Shown here: positions 1 through 6,200 of the stretch, one piece after another
Layout: every line of letters begins with the position of its first letter
How positions within the stretch are numbered: the stretch's first letter is position 1
Assembly (NCBI GenBank): GCA_041657425.1
Contig: JBBABY010000009.1
Location: 1-32,000, forward strand
Length of the DNA: 32,000 nt
Direction: 5' to 3'
Source: an archaeon
GTDB taxonomy: Archaea > Iainarchaeota > Iainarchaeia > Iainarchaeales > CSSED10-239
Translations under genes and position numbers: made by a program
Notes under the pieces: generated by a model
The model's database searches: none
The model's input: the letters and a program-made list of their open reading frames with translations, nothing else
Told to the model about the DNA's origin: nothing

Positions 1-1
1 T

Positions 2-532
2 ACGTCTTTCTCTGGTTGTGATATTAAGGCCGTTGTCAACATGGCTGGTGGGTCAGCTAAGCAAATCGGTAACCTCAGTACTATCTCCTACTCGATCCAT
101 AGAGAGAAGTTCCCCGTTAGGGCTCTGGGGTTTACTAGAGCCAAGGGTTGGACAAGAGGGCCCAGGACAATCGCTGGTACTCTGGTATTTACTATCTTTG
201 ATAGATATGCTCTATACAATATCGCACAGGCCAAGGCTGTACTAGACAGAGGCCGCGGCGAAGCAGCCTACTCCCTACTCGGAGATCAGATGACTCCGTT
301 TGATATCATATGTATGTTTACGAATGAGTATGGAAGGTCTGCACAATTGAGGCTTATAGATATAGAGTTAGTAGACGAGGGCCAAACAATGTCTGTTAAC
401 GATATCTACACGGAGAGTACTCATAGCTTCGTGGCCGGGGATATAGATGTGATGTATCCTGAAGAACTTGGACCCATGACTTCTAAGAGGCCATTCCTAT
501 CGGAAGGTGTGGCCAATTCGTTCCGTAGTTAA
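2..532 (+). CDS. tail tube-like structural protein, C-terminal fragment (5' end lies left of the window)
   Basis: Frame 2 is open from nt 2 to TAA 530-532; TSFSGCDIKAVVN precedes the first Met at 41. The segment NLSTISYSIHREKFPVRALGFTRAKGWTRGPRTIAGTLVFTIFD looks like the strand-loop-strand pattern of Hcp/gp19/XkdM-type tube proteins. It aligns by eye with DITMIQYQATQNKRPFWGYKSKKFDVMAQGTQLIQGVFSMNY of the 1284..2171 product. The gene lies upstream of the chaperone-like genes and the tape-measure-like ORF. Confidence 0.5.
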   Translation, partial: TSFSGCDIKAVVNMAGGSAKQIGNLSTISYSIHREKFPVRALGFTRAKGWTRGPRTIAGTLVFTIFDRYALYNIAQAKAVLDRGRGEAAYSLLGDQMTPFDIICMFTNEYGRSAQLRLIDIELVDEGQTMSVNDIYTESTHSFVAGDIDVMYPEELGPMTSKRPFLSEGVANSFRS

Positions 533-1227
533 TTGTTAATCCAGTCTGTTCTATACAAGCCAAAGATATGGTCATTCGAGACATTGCGAATGACCTGAGA
601 TGTTTGCCATCCTGAAGACATACTAGGTATGGCGTCGGGGTTCTCGGGAAGAGAGAAGTACTTTCCGCAGGCACCTGGATGAAAGAAGACGTTCTCTCCT
701 ATCCAGAAGTAAGACTCGTCCATAAAGAGTTTCTTATTCATCTGGTCAATCAAAAGAGGGGTCACGTCGGCGACCACACACCTGAGGACCTGCTCTCTTC
801 CCCGACCCAGACACTGCTCTCTAAGACTTCTAAGTTGGTCTATCGAAGATATAACACCACCCACTAGTTTATTCTTCTCCTGAAGTTCAGTAGCTGTGAG
901 GTTCCGGCCAACATATACTTCCTGGGCCTGGCCATGAATAGCAATCCACATAACATTAGTTAGGAACCAGCGCTTACAGAAGACTAGGTTCATGTGGTTG
1001 CTACCAATGGGGTCCATGGTCTCGGCCGAACGCTCGGTTCTGTAGTATGGCAGATAGAGTTTGAGTGTCGGAATAGCTTCTCGCACCCTTGAATAATCAA
1101 TATAAATGGCGTAATAGCAGGAGTCTTGTACCTGGAGAGGCTCAATAAGGCTGACGTAGCGGTACATCTTGGCATATACCGGGGCCACTATTAATGTTAT
1201 AATCAATGCGGCCAGTAGTTTCTTCAT
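529..1227 (-). CDS. secreted protein of unknown function (232 aa), reverse-strand moron
   Basis: The ATG at 1227-1225 is preceded by GGAGG (1238-1234) with a 6-nt spacer. The N-terminus MKKLLAALIITLIVAPVYA|K is a classic Sec signal peptide: basic n-region, hydrophobic core, VYA cleavage motif, and no lipobox Cys. The mature part has 5 Cys. The stop is TAA (complement of 529-531). It is the only convincing minus-strand gene in the window. Confidence 0.8.
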   Translation of the reverse strand: MKKLLAALIITLIVAPVYAKMYRYVSLIEPLQVQDSCYYAIYIDYSRVREAIPTLKLYLPYYRTERSAETMDPIGSNHMNLVFCKRWFLTNVMWIAIHGQAQEVYVGRNLTATELQEKNKLVGGVISSIDQLRSLREQCLGRGREQVLRCVVADVTPLLIDQMNKKLFMDESYFWIGENVFFHPGACGKYFSLPENPDAIPSMSSGWQTSQVIRNVSNDHIFGLYRTDWINN

Positions 1228-1244
1228 AGTTCGCCTCCAGAAGT

Positions 1245-1273
1245 AGTATAGTAATACCAACCCCAAGAGTCAA
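1245..1273 (-). promoter_or_regulatory. near-consensus sigma70-type promoter for the reverse-strand moron
   Basis: The minus strand reads TTGACT (1273-1268), a 17-nt spacer, then TATACT (1250-1245). This is followed by ACTTCT, GGAGG, CGAACT and ATG. The predicted transcript start falls at or just before the SD, so the leader is very short (about 11 nt). Confidence 0.6.
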
Positions 1274-1283
1274 GTAGGAATCC

Positions 1284-2171
1284 GTGGGATCTAACTCTTA
1301 TCTATCCTCCCTAAGCGACAGCGCTGGTAAACTCTCCATAGCCTCTACTGTAGCCAATAAGCTTCTTGGCAGGGACAAGGGCTATACAGACATGTCTGCC
1401 CAGACCGGGTCAGAAGAAAAGTACGTGACAGATTACTACGCAGGTAGTCAGGTTGCAATCTTCATGGGTGATCTTTGGCTCTCAGACATTACAATGATCC
1501 AATACCAGGCCACCCAGAACAAGAGACCCTTCTGGGGATACAAGTCTAAGAAGTTTGATGTTATGGCCCAGGGTACACAGCTTATCCAAGGCGTCTTCTC
1601 CATGAACTATACTCACACCAACTTTCTTAACATGGCTGTAGCCGAATGGAGAAAGAGAACTGTAGTTCCTGACAAGAATACGGAGATCAGCGAGGATGAG
1701 ATCCAACGCTTCCTAACTGATATCAAGGCTACCTCGGACCCCTACCTTCTCAAAGACCTAGCTTACAGTCCTTCAGGTGTTATGAACAACCAGAATAACC
1801 AGTTCAATAACCTCGACAAGAGTGCCAAGCAGGCCCTGCTAGAGCAGTTCTTCTGGGGCGCCGACGACGTGAGACTAACCTCAACTGCTGTTATACAACC
1901 AGACGACCTGCCCCCGTTTGACATCACTATTACATTCGGGAACTATCCAAGTAGCCGCGATAACCCCAACTCAATGGACGAGTTCACTAGTGCCCATACA
2001 GTAAAGGCCTTGACAGGAGTCCACATCACGGATTCCTCAATGCAAATAGGCATTAGTGGAGAGCCTATACAGGAGATCTTCACCTTCGTGGCCAGAGCCC
2101 TGGATACCCCCTTGACACGGGTGCCCAAACAGTTTATAGTACCACCTAAGAAATCTGAGGCAACTCAGTAA
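1284..2171 (+). CDS. tail tube-like structural protein (paralog of the 2..532 product), 295 aa
   Basis: GTG 1284 is the first start after the in-frame TAG at 1275-1277. AGGAA at 1276-1280 is a close, weak SD. An alternative start is ATG 1392. The central segment YYAGSQVAIFMGDLWLSDITMIQYQATQNKRPFWGYKSKKFDVMAQGTQLIQGVFSMNY matches the tube-like motif of the upstream ORF. The C-terminal part (ITITFGN...LTGVHITDSSMQIGISGEPIQEIFTFVARAL) looks like terminal tube strands. Stop is TAA 2169-2171. Confidence 0.5.
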   Translation: MGSNSYLSSLSDSAGKLSIASTVANKLLGRDKGYTDMSAQTGSEEKYVTDYYAGSQVAIFMGDLWLSDITMIQYQATQNKRPFWGYKSKKFDVMAQGTQLIQGVFSMNYTHTNFLNMAVAEWRKRTVVPDKNTEISEDEIQRFLTDIKATSDPYLLKDLAYSPSGVMNNQNNQFNNLDKSAKQALLEQFFWGADDVRLTSTAVIQPDDLPPFDITITFGNYPSSRDNPNSMDEFTSAHTVKALTGVHITDSSMQIGISGEPIQEIFTFVARALDTPLTRVPKQFIVPPKKSEATQ

Positions 2172-2189
2172 ATACAGGAGGAAATAGCA

Positions 2190-2546
2190 ATGAGTGAAAA
2201 GGTAACAGAACCTTCAAAAGTAATAGCACCTTCAGCAGAGATGATTGCTGAACTCAAGAATAGGTATGGAGTGCTCTTTAAGGTTTCATACAACAGTTCA
2301 AGCAACTATCTTATTCGTCCAATCACCAGGGCAGAATACAAAGACGTGGTCGCAGTTATCGAAACCGTCGATGCTAAGCTCCGCCCTGAACTTCACGATG
2401 AGAACGTGGTTAAGTTAGGCGTCGTATGGCCCACATTGCCGCCCGAGTTCTTCACCACGAGTGCTGCTGGACAAGTTCCCAATCTAGCTCTACAGATTAT
2501 GGAACGCTCTGGCTTCTCGAACAACGTGGATGTCACGGAAGTATAA
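2190..2546 (+). CDS. tail assembly chaperone-like protein, short paralog (118 aa)
   Basis: AGGAGG (2176-2181) lies 8 nt before the ATG. It is a small protein sitting between the tube-like and tape-measure-like genes, the canonical chaperone slot. It is a clear paralog of the N-terminal half of the next gene. Confidence 0.55.
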   Translation: MSEKVTEPSKVIAPSAEMIAELKNRYGVLFKVSYNSSSNYLIRPITRAEYKDVVAVIETVDAKLRPELHDENVVKLGVVWPTLPPEFFTTSAAGQVPNLALQIMERSGFSNNVDVTEV

Positions 2547-2571
2547 ATCCCTTCCTGCCATGGTCTTCACT

Positions 2572-2608
2572 GGGGCTAGGGTCTTATGGGCCCTGGCCCC
2601 TTTTATTT
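2572..2608 (+). terminator. intrinsic (rho-independent) terminator-like hairpin plus T-tract between the two chaperone paralogs
   Basis: GGGGCTAGGGTC (2572-2583) pairs with GGGCCCTGGCCCC (2589-2600). The stem is 12 bp (9 GC, 1 AT, 2 GU) with loop TTATG, followed immediately by TTTTATTT (2601-2608). Confidence 0.6.
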
Positions 2609-2618
2609 AGAGGGGCTT

Positions 2619-3260
2619 ATGATAGAAGTAGACTTAAAGCGTAAGTATGGTAGGGTCTTCCGAGCCGTTCTCCCATCAAAGACAGTCTTGTACTTCAGAT
2701 TACTAAGCAAGACTGAGTATGATATGTTTGCGCGGCTGCACCCTTCCATGGAAGCTGACATTCCCTTCGAAGCAGAAGAGTATGTTATTAATACTGCTGT
2801 TGTATATCCAAGCATTCAGGAGCTAGATCTGCACTGTGGAGCTACAGAGCTCAAAGCTGTAGTTCCTCACATTATAGTGGCCTCAGGATTCTCAGATCTC
2901 GAAACCTTCTTAGCTTCGCTAGCCGAGAAGAGAGAAGAGATGGGCCTGCTTAGTGAGCAGATTATAGCTACTATCATGAGGGGTATGCCAGCGTATCGTC
3001 GCGAAGATATCCAGAAGTTGAACTATGAAGAGATAGCTCATCTCCTAGCGCTAACTGAAATCATTACTGGCGAGATGCTTAACATTGGTGATGTCCAAGA
3101 AGATACAGCTAATCCGTTATACCAAGCCAATGCTAAACCTAAAGCTCCCAGAGTGGCTATGCCAGACATAGCCCATATGAGTGAAAGTGAAAAGGCCGTA
3201 GCCGAGAAGCTTAGACAAAAAGGACTAGAGGCTCTCTCCGCTATTCGTGCCAGAAGGTAA
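2619..3260 (+). CDS. tail assembly chaperone-like protein, long paralog (213 aa) with basic C-terminal extension
   Basis: ATG 2619 is preceded by AGAGGGG (2610-2615). The track's ATG at 2586 sits in the hairpin loop and has no SD. The N-terminal half parallels the previous gene: DLKRKYGRVFRAV / ELKNRYGVLFKV, SKTEYDMF / TRAEYKDV, VVYPSI / VVWPTL, IIVASGFS / QIMERSGFS. About 100 extra residues end in KPKAPRV...RQKGLEALSAIRARR. Stop is TAA 3258-3260. Confidence 0.55.
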   Translation: MIEVDLKRKYGRVFRAVLPSKTVLYFRLLSKTEYDMFARLHPSMEADIPFEAEEYVINTAVVYPSIQELDLHCGATELKAVVPHIIVASGFSDLETFLASLAEKREEMGLLSEQIIATIMRGMPAYRREDIQKLNYEEIAHLLALTEIITGEMLNIGDVQEDTANPLYQANAKPKAPRVAMPDIAHMSESEKAVAEKLRQKGLEALSAIRARR

Positions 3261-3264
3261 CTAA

Positions 3265-6200
3265 GTGCCGCTCCCACCTAGCATGCTCAGAAATGCGACA
3301 CTTGGACTTGGAGGCCTAGCCGGCCTTGCTGGCCTTCGTTCAGATACTGCCTCCGACTTCAATGATCAAGGTTCCAAAGATACCCCTACAAGTGTAGCTT
3401 TCGCTGCTGGTATAGGTGCTACTACAACCGCAGCCGTAATGCTTGGCGTCAACTATGCCATGAAGAGGGCTTCTACTCCCGCGCTACAAGGGAGGTATGG
3501 CGCTCTTGGAATGGCCCTTGTTGCTGGCGGCGCCTACGCAACAGGTAGGATCTTCAGCAGATATAACCCAGCTAAGATGTATGAAGGAGATCAGCGTAGT
3601 GCTCTACCCGGAGTGCTTCAAGGTGTCATGGGCCTTGGGGCCTTATGGTATGGCGGCAAGGCTATATCGCCTTACCTTGCCAGGAGTGTCGCCAACTTTG
3701 ACATGCAGGCTAGGCCTTGGTTCAGTGCTGTAGGTAGAGCTTTTGATGAGACCCAGATCGACTTCAAGAATCTACCTAACTCAGTACGAGACTTTAAGAA
3801 TGCATTCACCCAGAATCTTCAAGCTACTAGAGAGATGTACGCTCATAACCAGCTTGAGGGCCCGCCTCTTACCAAATATCTATCCTTATACAGCAATATA
3901 ATAAACTCAATTAGTGACCCAGCAATGCGCGGCACAATGCTGGAGGGTGCTAACCAGCAATTGCTAAAGAGGCACTCATTAGCTGATCTGAATGTTATTA
4001 ATGGAATAAGGTCTGCTACGTTTAGCGACCTACTACATCATAGTGGCCTTCCTGTAGATTCGCCTGTTATGGGAAAGGCGAGAACAGTTGCCAACCTATT
4101 ATATGATAAAGTAATGTTCGATAAGTTGGGCCTTGGTAAGGGTGTCATGTTTGACACCAGATCCAAGAAGATATTGAATCTTAATGCATACACTCCAGGG
4201 AGTATGCTCAAGAGCGGGTTACTAGGATTCGAGAAGAACTTTACGATCCCAGTGGCCGGCTTCAATCCCATATCTATCCTAAGGCCTAGAGAGATATCGG
4301 GGTACTTTAGCCAAGGTCATCAGTTCCACTACTTCCCAGCTGGTTCAAAACTTGGTCCTAAAGCAACTGAAGTTGCAGGTCCTATGGGAGCCTATTTTAG
4401 CGCTGGGCGCCTATATGATGTAGCCACCCGTAGAGATACGGGTATTAAGGGATCACTAGTTAAGGCGGGGCGCTGGGTTGAAGGCGAAGTAAGACATCAC
4501 CAAGAGACCCGCTTTGGTGAGACGATGCGGATGTTCCATGGTGAAGGACTAGGTAAAGAGGCTTCACCCGGCTTTATAAATATTGGTCATACACAAGTCC
4601 GTGCTCCGGATACACTAATCAAGAAAGCCCTAGCATTCATAGAGGCAGGGCCACAGACGGGATTCCCTCAAGTCCAGTCTGTTCCAGAGAGATTTATAGA
4701 TGTCGTAAAGAATAAGAAGGGCATTAGCGGAGTAGCTAACGCTATCAAGGAATCTATGCGTATGCTTCTCGGGGAGACCGACGAAGCTGCCGCATATATG
4801 AGCCCCTATAGGAAGCTAGGGTCTAGTACTAACGTATTCCCTACCATGGCTGCAGGAAAAGGATCCTCTTTCGCCTTCTTAGCAGATAAGGATATCCCTG
4901 GCGCAGCAGCATTCTTCTTAACGAATAGGCCTACTCGTCTGCTGGAGAGTCTAGGCGTTGGCGGATTCGATCCAAGAACTACTCGTACTGCCACAGATGT
5001 CATTAAGAAGTTGGTCCTCTATCGCTTCCTCCCCGTGTATCTAGCTTGGAAGAGCCTGCAGTTTACCAACGACATGTCCAATGCGGCTCTGGGAATAGGG
5101 CCCCTAGAAGCAGGCGCCTCTCTATTTGCTGGTGCCAATGTAGGCATGGCCTATATGAGGGACATCCTTGGTATCACTGGGATGGCTCAATACCTGGAAG
5201 AACTAATGCCTGGATTTATTACTGCTTCAGGTCCTAGTCTAGCTAGAGGAATAGGCCTTCCGATCCTAGGCGGAACTAAGTTCGGCCCCAAGGGCTTGGT
5301 TGCAGGGATGGCAGCTTCCGCGGCCTTGGGCTTCGGTGGAGATATAACCAAGACAGGAACAGAGAAGGCCGATGAGTATTTTGGTGATGCCCGCGTGCCC
5401 CTAAAGCAGGGCAGGTGGTGGATGTTTGGCAGCACACCTTTCGAAGGTGGCAAGGTTAAGGAATTCATCCCCAACTGGTATCAGCGAGTTATGTCTCGCT
5501 ATCAATATACAGATGTCCAGTACGGCTCAGAACTCAAGTACTGGAGCCAATACCTCAACCCTTGGTACATGTCCGAGTACCACTACTATGATCGTCCTTA
5601 TCCATTAGCCACAACAGGGATAGAAGAGATCCCGTTTATTGGCCCAGCTCTAAGTTCAATAGCGCCTACACGCTCAATGCACGGAGATGAGTTTAGTACT
5701 GGAGGTGTTCTAGGAACAGGCATTGGTCCGGGATCAGGATTAGGTCTTGGTGGTGGCCCAGCAACTGCTATGTTAATGCCAACCATAAGTGGGCCTACAG
5801 CTGTATACCCACAAGAAACAGTTGGCGGGTATATAGCTGGCACTCCCGAAGAAGAGGGAATTGCTGGTGGTGTAAACCCCATGCTTGGCGGTCTGCCTCC
5901 CGACGCTGCCAGCCTGCCTAATGGACTGGGGGGAACAGCTGGCGAAGAAATCTATCGCATGACAGAGTACATGGGCTTATATGGTTTTGGTATTGGGGCT
6001 ATTAAGGAACAGCTAACTGGAAGCCAAGACTTCTTTACGGGACCACAGATCCAATCAGCACGGTATATGGATAGTGCTGAGAGATCTTACTGGGAACAGA
6101 ATGTGGGTGACCCATTTGGTTATACTGAAATGTTCCGTCGTTTCCTCCCTCACCGCCGTAGGCAGATTGACCAAGTCAATCCCATCCCTAATACAATGCC

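Noticed and set aside
1223-1252. A plus-strand promoter-like pair, TTCATA-18 nt-TATAGT, back-to-back with the moron promoter, which could restart late transcription for the 1284 gene.
   Set aside because: The match is only moderate (4/6 and 5/6) with non-optimal 18-nt spacing in AT-rich sequence. That is indistinguishable from chance without TSS data.
1228-1266. A TTG start at 1266 that would extend the minus-strand moron by 13 codons (MGLVLLYYFWRRT).
   Set aside because: The extension overlaps the predicted -10 and spacer of its own promoter and has no SD. ATG 1227 has GGAGG at ideal spacing and yields a canonical signal peptide.
2586-2618. ATG 2586 (the track start) as the initiation codon of the long chaperone paralog.
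   Set aside because: It sits in the loop of the terminator-like hairpin and has no SD. ATG 2619 follows AGAGGGG, and the paralog alignment begins there.
2426-2644. A 72-aa ORF in the -1 frame overlaps the 3' end of the first chaperone-like gene. I considered it as a G/GT-type programmed frameshift product.
   Set aside because: I found no slippery X_XXY_YYZ heptamer in 2426-2546. The shifted frame would add only about 33 residues and terminates at 2644 without joining the downstream paralog. That paralog is in the zero frame, behind two stops (TAA 2544, TAG 2577).
5690-5900. The Gly-rich stretch GGVLGTGIGPGSGLGLGGGPA...GIAGGVNPMLGG in the tape-measure-like protein, considered as a collagen-like repeat.
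   Set aside because: It has no regular G-X-Y periodicity. It looks like a flexible or glycine-zipper segment.
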